DNA of 64,000 bases, from NCBI RefSeq assembly GCF_964213995.1, contig NC_135814.1, forward strand, positions 57,908,001-57,972,000, read 5' to 3'. Shown here in pieces: positions 1-13,310 of this stretch (positions are counted from its first letter, which is position 1; each line of letters opens with the position of its first letter). The notes under the pieces are model-generated. The model saw only the letters and a list, made by a program, of their open reading frames with translations. It searched no databases and was not told where the DNA came from. Source of the DNA: Mustelus asterias. Taxonomy: Eukaryota. The translations under genes were made by a program, and so were the position numbers.

Positions 1-1054
1 GAAATGTTTTTTATTGCTATTAAATTACAGACAAATGTTTCAGATATTAAGAGCAGTTGGAAGTAACATTTAACAGAAATATTAAGCAATTCGATAGAAT
101 GTAACTGGAAATTAATTTTCCCTAACCAAAAACATTATATTTCCACAAAACATTTGTCGGGGGTAAATACATAATATTAACAGAGATGAAATGAAACGAC
201 ATTCAACGCCTGGTTTTGTGAGACGTTTGTGTAACTAGACATTGTCACTGGTCCTTGTGATTTAAACTGCTTCTCCTGAAAGAGAAAGGGAAAATGCCAC
301 ATTAATTCCTAGTCCACAGACATCAAGTTCATTGCATAAAACTGCAGTTACCAACGATGATTAATTTCTCTTCCTGGAAAGGAGGGAGATTGAGTTTCAC
401 AGAAATCGTATCTGCTGCAGCATTTCTTTAACGGCTTCTCTCAACTAATTCCAATCCTAAACGGGATTAATAGGAAGTCCAATTCACTCGCCAGATTTTT
501 ATGTGATCACCCCACAACATTTAACCTAAATACATGCTTATTGTAGTTTCATTACATATTTTGTCGCTTTACTCTCAGCTTTGTGTTGGTTTTGAGACCC
601 ATTGATATATATTGTTTTCAAAATACGAAAATATTTTAAACCAAATGAAGTGTTTCATGTAAATACGCTGCCTTGGTCATATATAATGTAAATATATGTA
701 CATATACACAGAATCCGATTCTTCCAAAAGTAATACTTGTTAGATTAAGTAAATGAGTGCACTAATCAACTCAATACACCAGGAGGAATGATAAGCAGCC
801 TGCAGCCTAGAGGCTATGAAAAGGCAATAAAATACAAATCTATTGTTCAATTTAGTGAACGTGGTACTGTTCTGAAAGACGCTACCTCACAATGCTTTTA
901 CAAATGCAACACCGAATATTTAATTTTCATTCAGCTCTTCATTAGTGTTAATGTAAGAAGTGACTCAAAGCACCAAACAATCCATATTAAATAGATGTTA
1001 GTGAGGTAGCGCTGGCTCAACTTACTGGCTCAATCAGAACAATCTGGTAACACA

Positions 1055-1135
1055 GATCACGTGAACAAATATGCCTGTATCTTGAGGCAGCGCCTATATT
1101 TTCTGATTATAAAAGGTATCCGTTGCACTATAAAA
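1055..1135 (+). promoter_or_regulatory. Putative distal hoxd3 promoter / conserved non-coding element (E-box CACGTG, TATA-like TATAAAA)
   Basis: GATCACGTGAACAAATATGCC...GGCAGCGCCTATATT...GATTATAAAAGG, resembling the conserved block I recall upstream of PG3 Hox genes. A donor CAG|GTAAGC follows at 1457|1458. Confidence 0.5.
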
Positions 1136-1457
1136 TTCATAAATTGCAACTTTTTTTAAAGGAATACCTACCGGTTTATCAATACCATTTCCTCGTCGAA
1201 TGCTCGATTCTAAAGTCTCGGTTTAGATCTAAAAGCTAATGCATCTCTGTACGCCGTTTTTATTGGTAGTTGTCCCTGAGACTGAAGCCATTTCTATCGG
1301 GAATACCGTCTGCATTTCGTATCGAAATGTCTGCAAAACCGCAAGATCTGGTTTAAGACAGCACTGTCTCCAGACAAACGGCGCAGGATATTATTCGCAG
1401 CTGCAGGCTAAGAAATTGAGTTTGAGAAGCATAGATTTATGATAAATTGACACACAG
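1135..1457 (+). other. Putative non-coding 5' exon of hoxd3 (start approximate)
   Basis: Lies downstream of the E-box/TATA module and ends at a consensus donor CAG|GTAAGC. Vertebrate Hox3 genes use distal non-coding first exons. Confidence 0.35.
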
Positions 1458-4400
1458 GTAAGCAATCGTATGATAATATGCAACCTTTAGTAGTAGGTTT
1501 GGATAATGCCTTCAGCAAGAAGGCATATTATTCATGCCAAATTGTATGAAATTCTGAAACAAACTAGTGCATTGTTCCCATTTCAGAAGCAAACCAGGAA
1601 CCTGATTTTGTAGCAAGGAATGGCGATTTATAGAGGAAAGAAACATTTGCTCCTTCACCAAAGTGCGCAATTTGAGAAAGGTTAGATCGGACAATCCAGA
1701 GCAGTCCCAGATTTGTCTTGTGGCGCATTTTAGCTGATTCTGCAGTTTTATGTAAAAGGAAAACGAAATAAAAAGGCACAGAAACCCAGGGAACTTTTCA
1801 AACTGTCACTAGCAAACTTAGATCGTAAATCACATTAATTTGTTGTCTCTAGCTTATCGTCAGGCTGCAGTCTTCTTTGATTTATGCGCTTCAGAAATAT
1901 ATTGCGGGCTAAAGTTATTGCAGCAGCCTGTATAAATTATTTCTCAATTAATGTTATTGTCCTTCAAGGAAAACTATTTGTGAATTTCTTGGAAATCACC
2001 ATATCTGTATTTTTTAAATGTATTTAAATATTAAATAAATATCAATATTATTTTAACTCAACAATCGTGTCAGAAGATAATCTCTGTACAATATTTTTGT
2101 AGTGATCCTCTTTACAGTTAACCAATTTGGGTAAATTTCAAAAACGAAATCATCATATTTAAATCCAGATATATGGGCGAACTTGTTCCAGTAGATTCTA
2201 AATTTTTAATGTTAACTTGTTTTTTTTCTCTTTCAGTTCTAGAAACGCATTCAATTACTCTTATTAATTGCTATTAAGAATGCAACTTTATTATTTTCCA
2301 GTTGTATAGTAATAATTCCTACTTTTAGACATATCTTAATGCTATTACTGTACATAACACGCTGATCTGAAGTTAATCTAAGGTAGGATCGGGAATATGA
2401 TTCAAGTTGTTTCTTTTAGAAATTCCATTTTAAGTTCATATAACAGTAGTACTATTCGCTGTAATCTGAATATTAATAACGGAGGGTGTTTCGTTTTTCT
2501 TCTTAATGTAAACATAAATTATCCAAATTTACATTATTCGCATGCAGATTTGGGCATTTTCTCAGAATGTCCACAGACATAAATGTTGTTTTGCAGTCTG
2601 CATACGTGCTTTGCTCGGTAAAAACTTTTGCGTGGAGCATTTTTCATTGCTGCATGCCTCGAAGCTGCTGGGCTGCCATGTTAGTCAGCTGAATCCAATT
2701 ACTCTGAGTAGCATTTCATTTTGCTCGATGGGGCCACTCATTTATAACTTCACCTAAAATTTCAATAAACCTCTCCTCGGCTCACGTCATGGTAACCATC
2801 AACATTCGCTTGTTCGTGTGGCTTTAAAACTTTTCATCTCTGACAAAAAGTTACAACTTTTTCAGGCACCATGTACAGTAACCGCCCTGGACTCATGGCT
2901 TGTGCTGCACTGTGTTTTGGCAGACACTGGAAGTAATAAACAAGGCATCATTCTCAAAATCAGTTTAGCAATTTAGGAAAGTGACAAGAAAAGTTTTCCA
3001 GAACTTTCCGACGTATTCATGCTGCCCACACTATTTTACACGGATATTCCGCTTCTAACTTCTAGGATGGTAGTTTGAGAGCTCTCTTACACTGCTGCGA
3101 AATCAATAAGATGTTTAAAAACTTACCGTCCAGGTCATAGCTGAGCACACTTAAGTTATCAGTGACTGTTTGAAAGCAGCCAAGTGTTTAAAGCTTGCCG
3201 AATGTTCTTGCTTTCTGGAAAAGTAGCGACTTTGCCCTGCAAATACTTAATTTACTTCGTGATTACTGAGAAATAAAACCTTTTAAATTGACGTATGGCC
3301 ACGTGAATACATTACACACATTATGGTGGGAGGCATTGGACCGAGGACGCGATGCCTTGCCGTCTGTGATTTGGATCCTCTTCTAACTTCAAACTATATA
3401 GACACAAGTTGGTGAGACTAGTTTGCAAAGTGCTGCGTCTTAGTGGGATTAAAGAGGGATAGAAAAGCCATGGTGAAGTTGTGTGATGGGCTGTATTGTG
3501 AGGTAGTGGAGGCGCTTCCGTTCGTTGTTCATTAAGTGGTGAGTTATTGCTGTACAAGCCAAAGGTCATTTCAAAGCCTTATGATTCTTACATATTGTCA
3601 TCTAATGACGGCGATTTCTTTGTCCCTCTGATCTGCCCACAGTTGCTTTTTTTCTTTCTTAAATATATTTTCAAACGTAAAGCATGTGCTTTGAATTGAT
3701 ATAACATTCCCTGAAATGCAGATCCTGCCTGACTTCAGCTTCGTTTCACCTCCCATCTGCTTCTTGTAGATTGATTTGGAGTTTGGGGGATTCGGCCGTG
3801 CTGTGTTATTGCATTTTAGTTACTTTTTTTTGTATAACCAAACTCTTTATAGCGAGCATTATGAGCCTGCCTGATCGATATAAAATATTACATGATGTTT
3901 GGTATCCCAATGACAAAGCATAACCGCCTGTCAATATAATACATTATTCATGAACTTTATATATGGCGCCAGGCCCTTTCTTGCTAACCTCCATATTTGT
4001 ATTGTTATGTTAGCTGGCTATAAAATGTTCGACAACGGTGGTAGTTTCTGCTTAAACGCACAGATTTAAACTTCATCAGGAAAAGAAATAGACGCCTTTT
4101 TTTTATTATGAAGAATGTTAATACTGGCAATCTGCAAAGAGTGGGTTGGAGTGAGTTCGAGGAAACCAAGAGACTGCATGATATAAAATTGTGATTCTTA
4201 TTTACTGCTCCGTTCAGGCCCATTTTCCATGAAAGGGCCCCACTGAACGATCTATTTCCCTACCAAGTGCAGTAGGCCCCAAAATATCATGTTCATTGGG
4301 TAATAAGCCCACCCTCGAGGCACATTTCTGGTACTTTAAATTGAAGTTCCGATCTGAAATGCTTGATGCTATTAATAGCTTTATGTTTCCGCAATAACAA

Positions 4401-4913
4401 TTTGGATTATGAAAATCGCTGGAAAAGAATGATTTGTTATTGTGTACTCAGATTCTCGGGAGGCGGTTCTTCGGCATATTTTTTAAAGAAGCCAAATGTC
4501 CTACCGTAATCTGTACCGACTTTAAATTTATTTAACCCTTTCTTCCCTCCTTTTTAAATTCACTGACAATGCAGCTCGCCTCATTAATCATGTAGCATTG
4601 CTATTTAGTGGTATCCAATTTCTAATTTCGGAAACAAAGCAAGTTAACATTCTTTTATTTTTTAAAAATATAACCAAATCACGAAGCCATTTGATTAAAG
4701 CTCACAAGGAAACATTGTTTTTTTTTCCACGCATTTTATGTAAATAACAAAGAAATACATTGTCCACAGTCAGAAATGGATCTTAGCGGCCCGTTGCAAG
4801 GTCCTTTCCCTTCTTTGTTTGATAGCAGTCAATAAGATGACCTAAAATATATAGCATATAGAGAAATGATATTAGTGTCGATGAAAGTATTTAATTACAT
4901 TTTCTGCTTTCAG

Positions 4914-4993
4914 AACAAAACCCGTGCCCTCTGATCAATCTGGACAGATTCCAAATCCAATCCAACCAAAAGAAGATAGAAAAAAAATCGGTG
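4914..4993 (+). other. Putative 80-nt non-coding internal exon of the hoxd3 5' UTR
   Basis: Polypyrimidine acceptor ttttctgctttcag| ending at 4913 and donor GTG|GTGAGT at 4993|4994. Confidence 0.4.
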
Positions 4994-7327
4994 GTGAGTT
5001 TTTATACTTTTCACTCCTTCCCATTTGTAGCAGAATCTGGTGTTCTGGTCAATAAGTAAATGAAATTTACCCCTGGGGATTTAGTTCATGGTTTTATATC
5101 TTAACCACCGGAACACATACAGAAGAAACGAAATACATTATTTAAACAGGCAGGGAGGTGATCATTGAGTTTCCTCATTGGTGCCTGTTATTGCGCCTAT
5201 TAAGAATCTGTTTCTTCTCTGTGCTAGAACCCAATGCTTTTGCAAAATAATCTGTGATTCTGATAAATTGAGTCTGCGTCGTGGTAACACGTCTAGGCAG
5301 TGGGCCATTAAGGCCTACGAAAGAACCAGTACAAGTAAAAACGGGAAAGAAATCGTACTTAAGCTAATCACTTCATGGCAAATTTTAATGCCCAGAATGA
5401 AGTATGTTTCTAACCAGTATGTACATCTGGGTGCGTTTCATTAAATCTTAAAGGGGGCATGTTTGACGAAGTATTGGAATGATTCCTTTGAGCTGAATAC
5501 ATCCAGTTACTTTGACTTCGGAACTAAAACATTGTTCTTTAATCTTTCTCACGCAGTCTCAACTCCATATCTTTGTTCCATCTCTTTTTCTCTCCTTTTG
5601 CAACACATTTCGGACTGTTCCTAGTTTATAAGTTAATTGGGTTGTATAATGGGAGTATTATTTCTGGATAAAACACAAAAATGGATTGTGAATTGGAGTG
5701 GGGAACCGCACAATCCATTCAACCGTTATAGTCTACACAATGAGCGCGTTTATCCCACTTACGTTAGATAGAATGAAGGCCCTCACATGAAATAGGTTAA
5801 CATCTGAAACCGGGTGAATATTTGGTTTAATGATGGAGACCCTGTTGCCTTTATCTACAAATCCTGGATTATTTTTCTAGAGAGGCCATTCGATTTTTAA
5901 AATAAAGTTCTTCGATGTCCACAATTTAGGAATCAAACGCAGTTTTGAAAGAGATTGGGTGAGGTGCAAACTGAAATAGGAACAGGTCCCTCTGCCAGGA
6001 CTGATCCTCAAAGTATAAACATAATCAACATTGCCATGTCCCAAGAATAATCTGCTTCTTCTGGAGCGCAATGGCCGAAGGCAACAAATATTCGTGTGGG
6101 ATGTTTAACAAAATATATCAGATGGTTAAGCAAGTTCTGAAAATGTGTAGAACTCGTTACAGTTTAAAATAGCTGACATATATCACGAATAAAATTACAT
6201 TGAAAACGCCTGCCAGACACCGAGTAAAAGTGAAAAGTTTCTTTTGCCTGTTTGATCCCCTTTTTCTCCCGGCTTCATACCTGAAATCAAACCTTTGATT
6301 TCAAATTTGGATCCCAGCTGACGTTTAGTAAAGACAGTTTTCAGTTCCTCCCGCTCCAGCCATGCGCTTCTGCTAGATGTGGAAAGCTTGCGGTCTGAGC
6401 CGTATTTCAAATTCCCTGGCAAGTTTCAATGGCTTATATAAAATCCTGCAAGAGTTGGCGAAACGCCTCGTAGATAAGAAACTTGTGGAGTCTGGGCATT
6501 CTTTTTCTGGTCTTTCCTCCTACGCTGTAACTGTTTTGCACTTCTGAAGATAGCAAGTCTTTGGAAGTGTTTTTCTTTTCATTCTGTAGTGAAGCGTTTA
6601 CGACCATAGCTCGAGCAGTCATAAATTTTGCGTAGCACACAATGACAGGTGCATTGATATGCACTGTGAGGGCTCTAGCTCCTTAATAACGACGAACTGC
6701 CCACCTTTGTGGCTGGCTTTTACATTCTTGGACTACTCTGCTAAGATTAAATTGAAAACAAAAGAAAACGGAAAGCAATTATTTGATTGCTCGTTCAATG
6801 ATAGAATCTGTTTTTTCAGTAGTCTGGCCATGGTCAAATAAAACAGTACATGTGACATAAAATAGCGAACCAGAGCACACAAGGAAACAAATATTACTAA
6901 CGATGTAGCTTTACCATTTACTCAAATATGTATTAAAGCGGTTTAACTTTTGTAACACGCTGTATAGACGAATTTGAAACCAAGGAGAATGGTAGATGGA
7001 AAGTTAACTCATGACTTCAATCCTTTCATAGTGCATGTGTCACTGGTGCCTCTTTCGCCCTTCTATTTTTCGTTAATGTTGCAGGGAAACTTGCCATTTA
7101 TGTTGGCCAAGAGTGTTTAATAATTTTTGGCGTAATTTTTCGCCATGGGCCCCGCAGATGCAGATAATGTATTCGGAAACGCACCAAAACTAAAGGGTGA
7201 TGGTCCAGAACAAGGTGTTACTTATCAAATCTTTGTATTAGGTGATGCACCCTTGCATTTTAAAAAAAACATGTAAGGTAAGAAAGATCTGAAAGATGAA
7301 CGCAGAAACAGTTGACCATTGTCCAAA

Positions 7328-7371
7328 TGATTTATGGCCCGTGGCTGCGATTTAGGTTCAAACAGAGTTCA
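7328..7371 (+). promoter_or_regulatory. PBX-HOX site plus DR5 retinoic acid response element (Hox3 RARE)
   Basis: TGATTTATGG at 7328-7337 and GGTTCA-aacag-AGTTCA at 7355-7371, matching the DR5 type known upstream of Hoxa3/b3/d3. Confidence 0.8.
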
Positions 7372-9771
7372 CAAGCAGTTGGTGTTTCTGAACCAGATCT
7401 GCCGCTTCACCACAACCGTTTCACAATACCTTAATATTAATGTTAGTTTTGATATTCTGAAGATAGCGCCCTCAAATCCACTACAATCGAAGGGGCTGGC
7501 TGCAATGGCGTAGGTTCAGATCCCGTGGCAGTAAATAATACTGAGTTACTTCCTTATCTCTTACACATAACACAGATTAGATAGGCATTGGAGGGGGTGG
7601 GGACTGAGTGAGCAGAAATGCAATTAAATTTCAGATAAATAGCTAAGTAAAGGGCAGCAATATAATGCCAAAATTATTAAACTAGAACGGCGCGCGCATG
7701 GATAGGAGGTGAAAGAAGAATAACAAAAGAAAATAAAATGCCACGAAACACAAAAACAAACAACATAGGGCAAGAAAGCAAAACATTGACTTTTTTTCGT
7801 AAAGAAACAGCTGAAATGTGCACGTGTGCCTGACTGCTACTTTGGAGGCCGCAGATCATAAACCTCATATTTCATTAGAATGTCAAGTTCTCTATGGCTG
7901 AAGGCTTTTTCTAAATGAATCGAAAATCTATTTGTGACGTGATATAGTAGCAGATAAGTCACACGTCCAATGCTTGTGATGGTTTATACGGGAATACGCT
8001 TTATTTAAATGATTTTGCAGACTAGGTATCGTACTTAAGACTTAAAACACCGGCCAATCATTTTCGTGTAACGGTTCCAGTATATTCCACAATGATTTGT
8101 TTTAACCCTCGTTTTTCGTCATTTAATTCCAGACACAGAAATAACCTCCTAGTTTGACAAATCGCGTAGGCAACCTCAACTCGGAGCACAAGGTGCCATA
8201 TTTCAATCAAAAAATTTGGCTTTATTGCTGAGCCCCTCACTTCAGCACAAATGCACTTACTGGGGAGTCCCCTCACCATGTTGGATACATTTAATAAGTA
8301 ATTGGTTCAGAGCTTGCGAGAAACAAAATACGATTGGTTTAATAATAAATTCACAAATACGGGAAGAAGGATTAACAGTTTTGTGTTAGGGTCATCAAAT
8401 TGCAGAGAGTACATAAATTGGAAAAATATAATATTTAAACAGTTTATATGTAATATAGTGTTTTCAAACAACTATTGTTACAACTACAAGAGTCTGATCT
8501 CCATTCTTTCAAATCGATTCTTATATTATGAACATTTATCTCAGAAAGGTTGCCAGTTACTAAAGGCTAAACACGCTTTTACTCGCTTTTTTGTCTTAGG
8601 TTACTATGCTGATTATTTTTCCCAGATATGTCCAAAGAGATAATCTTGTCCAGTAATATCTGCTATTTTGCAGACTGCTGCATGAACTAAAACCGATGTA
8701 AGCAGCAGAATGCAGATGTAAAATGCTGACTTGCTTATTTCTCTGTTTTAATTAGAACAAAACGATTGAATAGGTGCTAGTTATACTTTAACTAAACTGC
8801 CTGCCCTCTGTCATAAAGCAGAGAGATGTAACAGAAAGCAACACATTCCCTTCACACAAACCTCTCTTACGTTGAAGAAAAAGAAACCAACAATGGCGAG
8901 GGAACACTTCGTTGGTTTTTCAGCTTTTAAAACTGGTCCGATCCATCATGTCTTGTGTAACACTGTCTAGATCACAGAATAAAACGGTCTGTACCCCCAG
9001 CAAATGCTGCAGGCGAACAAGTCGCCTGTGACTATGGTATTTTCGTTCTTTTTGAGAGAGGCCTTTTTGTTTCTCACCATTATAAAAATGGCCTCAATCA
9101 GTGAAGCCAGCTGGAATAGCACTGTGTGTCCCACCGAAGTCCACTTCTGTCAAGCATGACTGGGACATTTTTAGCGTTCTTTGACTTCCACTGTTTTGAG
9201 TCTACGGAATAATAAAGCCTTAGCATAAAATTCGTTGTTTTCCATGTGGTGTGAAGCATTTCAGAAGTTTATTATATTTCTTAACTGCTAGATAATTATG
9301 TCTTGTTAAAAATCAAGATAGCATATTTATAGAAGAGTCATAATCTATGGTAGGTATTAATAAAAGAGTAATGCATTGTGCATTGAAATATTAATAAATT
9401 GCCATCGAAGAGGGATGCAACAGCAATACGTTGTTCATCGTTTGAACTATAGATGTTTTCTACTCGCTTCCCGAGTTTACAAATTGAAGCTAATTCCTCA
9501 GAAGGTACCAACACATAAACACCTTGTAAAAATATAAATGTCTTCCAGAAGTTGTCGAGTAATTTATATTACATTTCAGCAGCTTATTATCTCGCAAAAT
9601 AGTAAAATAGTAATTCATAGAAGAAGGGAAACTCAAATTCTGCTGACGGATGTGAAATGAGATTTTATTTATGGGCTGCCGTTTATGTTTTTCACGCTGA
9701 ATTATGAGTTCCTAATGTTTCACCATTATTGTCTTTTGCCTCATAACCTCAAGGACTGCTGCAGACTTGTG

Positions 9772-9793
9772 ATTGGCGTGACAGTGCCACGTG
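9772..9793 (+). promoter_or_regulatory. Inverted CCAAT (NF-Y) plus E-box (USF) module at hoxd3
   Basis: ATTGG 9772-9776, 11-nt spacer, CACGTG 9788-9793. Confidence 0.6.
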
Positions 9794-9806
9794 ATCGGAG
9801 GTGTCA

Positions 9807-10290
9807 ATGCTATTCGATAAGGGTGTCAAGACCCTATCATTTCGAAATAGCGAGATGCAAAAAGCGACTTACTACGATAACTCCGGAATATTCGGCGGTT
9901 ACTCCTACCAAAAGACTAATGCATACAGCTACACTTCGAGCCACCAGGCCTACCCGCCATCATCTGTTGAAAATGATTATCAAAGCTCGACGTGCCCCAT
10001 TCAGACATCCGGTGTCAGAGCCCCAAACCATAAGCCTACCGATATAAATGGCAACTGTATGAGAACAAGTGGCAGCCAGGGCACTGCCCAGCCCCCAACT
10101 GTCAATGAGCCACAGCAGCCACCTCCTTTACCACCCTCACCCAATGCAAGCAACACCTCATCACAGAAAAGAGCCAAGTCTATTTCCAATTCTTCCGCCA
10201 GCCCCGCTGCTACTCTCACCAAGCAAATCTTTCCCTGGATGAAAGAGTCTCGCCAAAATGCCAAGCAGAAAAACAACTGCCCAGTTGCAG
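9807..10290 (+). CDS. hoxd3: Homeobox protein HoxD3, coding exon 1
   Basis: MLFDKG...[17 protein letters not shown]-terminus resembles HOXD3 (MLFEQG...MQKAAYYENPGLFGGY). Hexapeptide IFPWMKE. Phase-1 donor GCAG|GTAGCC. Confidence 0.96.
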
Positions 10291-11420
10291 GTAGCCTTCA
10301 GAACTTCACTTTTTCAACTTTGAATCACAAATAGTCTTAACAATTAGGAAGAAACGTTTACCGAAGTGTCACACCAAGGTGGAAGTATTTCCCTCGAACG
10401 GACTTCCCAATGCTGGGGAGAGCAAAGGGATCATTACATCTTTTCAGGGCATTTCGTAAACATTTTTGTAATTTGTAAGTCATTGAATCCTAAGTGACTG
10501 CTTGAGTAACTGGCGCATTCTGGAAGGGTTGATGAGGGAAAGAAGGGAATGTCTGAAACAATAGGCTGGCCCTTCTCTGATTCTCTCGTGTCATACGGTG
10601 CAGTCCTAATATATGCAATTCTTGCAGGCGGCTCAAATACTCTTATTTTATCTGTGTGGACTTTGCCGTTGACAGAGCAGAATCTATTAAAATAGAATCA
10701 TATCAAGAATGTGTTTATATGTCCTTTACATAAAATTTAAGTTGATTGTATTTCTCATTTTATTTTTCTGCTCATTCACATTGCTTGGAAATGCAGATGT
10801 TCGAGTTCATATGATCTAAGTATGGTTCATGATGGAAATACTTCTAATGGGAACATGCTTCATCGTCTCATTGTGTTCTCGTGGGTACTAGCAATAAGCA
10901 CAACTGTATTCCAGATGAGAATAACTAAACACTAGACACACTAAACAAAAATACACATCGAGTCAACTAATCATTGCACTGCATGATAACACAATATCAA
11001 GCGTTTGACTTCCCAATTACTCATATTAAAAAAATAGCAATCTTCCACTTCTTCGTAATATTTTCTTCAGAATGAATTTGTTCACCAGTTTTAAGTTGGG
11101 AACCTCCCCATACCAATTGAACTGCAATCTGGGAAACAACATGACGCAATTGTTACATTTCAAATCATGGGTCAATATTTCGAGATAAATGTTTTTATTT
11201 AAAATGAATCCATGTGAAATTCGTCGTTTATGACGTTACTGAAACTTTTGCGGGAAACTCCGAAGGAGTCGATGAATAGATAACCTCGTGATTCGGCAAA
11301 CATTATTTACCGCTATGCCAAAGGAAAGAAAAACCACTTGCATTTACCTAGCGTCTTTCACGTCCCCAAGACGGCCCAAAGTACTTAACAGCCAACTGAA
11401 TAACTTACATAAGACGTCAA

Positions 11421-11535
11421 ATCATAGAATCCATACAGAGCAAAATGAGGCCATTCGGCCCATCGAGCCTGCACCTACAACAATCCCACCCAGGCCCTAC
11501 CCCCGTAACCCCAAGTATTCACCCTGCTAGTCCCC
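11421..11535 (-). mobile_element. HE1-type SINE 3' fragment in the hoxd3 intron
   Basis: ATCATAGAAT...GAGGCCATTCGGCCCATCGAGCCTGCACC...AATCCCACCCAGGCCCTACCCC matches the SINE 3' ends at 46519 and 54059. Confidence 0.85.
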
Positions 11536-11787
11536 CAAAGGTTTACTTTAATTTTAAAGCAACTATTAACCCACCTTTGTATGGATCAAAAAATTCACTT
11601 CAGATGGTTAAGTTTGGCCATTGCATTAGGTTGGGGTTTGGGGAGCGGTGGATGAAATGGTTAAAGACTCGGTTTGTTGTGATTTTCCTAGATCAGTGTG
11701 TGGGTTATGACGCGCCGGGGTTTCTAAGCTGGGCATGCTGGGTTACACATTTATGTATGGAACCAATATAATGTTTTCATTTTGCAG

Positions 11788-12536
11788 GTGACAATTGTGA
11801 GGATAAAAGCCCACCCGGTCCATCCTCCAAGAGAGTCCGTACAGCCTACACCAGCGCACAGCTGGTCGAACTGGAAAAGGAATTTCACTTTAATCGTTAT
11901 CTGTGCCGTCCTCGGCGAGTTGAAATGGCCAATTTATTAAACCTAACCGAACGCCAGATAAAGATCTGGTTCCAGAACAGAAGAATGAAATATAAAAAGG
12001 ATCAAAAGTCCAAAGGGATCATGCACTCCCCTGTTGGACAGTCTCCAGACAGAAGTCCGCTTTTGACCGCGCCAAGTAACATTGGATTCTCAAGCCAGCT
12101 CCCCACTGTCAACAGTCTGAGTTACGAGGCTCCTTCACCAACATCTTACACAAAATCCCAGCAAAGTATGTACGGCTTAGCTGCTTACACTGCACCACAT
12201 AACAGCTGTCTACCCCAGCAGAAAAGGTACCCGGGCACAGAGTACGACCATCACACTATGCAGGGCAATGGTAGTTTTGCCAATCACAATTTGCAGGGCA
12301 GCCCTGTGTATGTTGGAGGGAACTTTGTTGATTCAATGCCAGCTTCTGGTCCGATGTTTAACCTTAGCCATCTTCCTCATCCTTCATCAGCCACTGTGGA
12401 CTATAGCTGCGCTGCTCAAATACCAGGCAATCACCATCATGGACCTTGTGATCCTCATCCTACATATACAGACCTGACTCCTCATCACACATCTCAGGGA
12501 AGAATCCAAGAAGCGCCCAAACTAACACATCTGTAA
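11788..12536 (+). CDS. hoxd3: Homeobox protein HoxD3, coding exon 2 (homeodomain; 410 aa spliced)
   Basis: Acceptor tttgcag|. Reads [74 protein letters not shown] and ends in the PG3 C-terminus [13 protein letters not shown]. Confidence 0.97.
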
Positions 12537-13304
12537 CGGACTAGCACGGTTTGCCAAGCGATATCACTTCGCTTTTTTATTACCTCATTTGTATCAAATA
12601 TTCTCCTGCTATGAGACTGCCGCAGTATTTGTCCACCATTCATTTTCTACCTGTTGCATTGCTTTTCTGTGTTCATTTAAGGGTCTACAAGTCAGCCCTT
12701 TCCGTAAGATCCTAGCGTAATGCAGAATGCAAATAGAGGAACAATTGCTTGAGATAGGTGCTTTGCAAGGTAAGACACATGGAGCCAGTCTTCAGCAAAC
12801 CCTTCTTAATGTGGAATTGAGAGACTAGAGATTCTACGCACTCCACTTTGATGGGATTCTGTCCGTAACTGGTCTTACTGCCCAGAACTTCAGCTCTGTA
12901 CTTTTCAGTAATGAACGAACTGAATTGAACATCAATGATATGTATTTATTATTTTAAGTCGAAAAGAAAAAAGATTTTTCTATCACTTATTTATCCTCGT
13001 CTTAATGTATTTATGTGAGATTTATAGATCTTCTACAATCTGACTTTAACCTGTTTGAACCATGTCTGTTACAATCATATTTTTCCTCTTTAGTAAACCT
13101 GGGTTTAAACTAGATGAGAGGATAGTTTTTGAGCAGTTGTATCAGTGGCTGGTGTTTGTAGATTATGTAAGGGTTATTTCTGAAAGCAAATTGTAAGTTA
13201 TGACTGTAGTAAATCGGAGAAAATGTGACACTACACAATAGACGACACATTTCTATAAGAATACTTTATTTCAATTGTCTGGTATTATTCCAACAGATAT
13301 TTAG

Positions 13305-13310
13305 AATAAA
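13305..13310 (+). terminator. Likely hoxd3 polyadenylation signal
   Basis: AATAAA about 770 nt after the stop, followed by GT-rich sequence. TATTTAT elements lie upstream at about 12940-13015. Confidence 0.45.

Noticed and set aside
1-9700. miR-10 hairpin or hoxd4 exons
   Set aside because: No miR-10 sequence or PG4 homeobox seen; both are expected upstream of the window.
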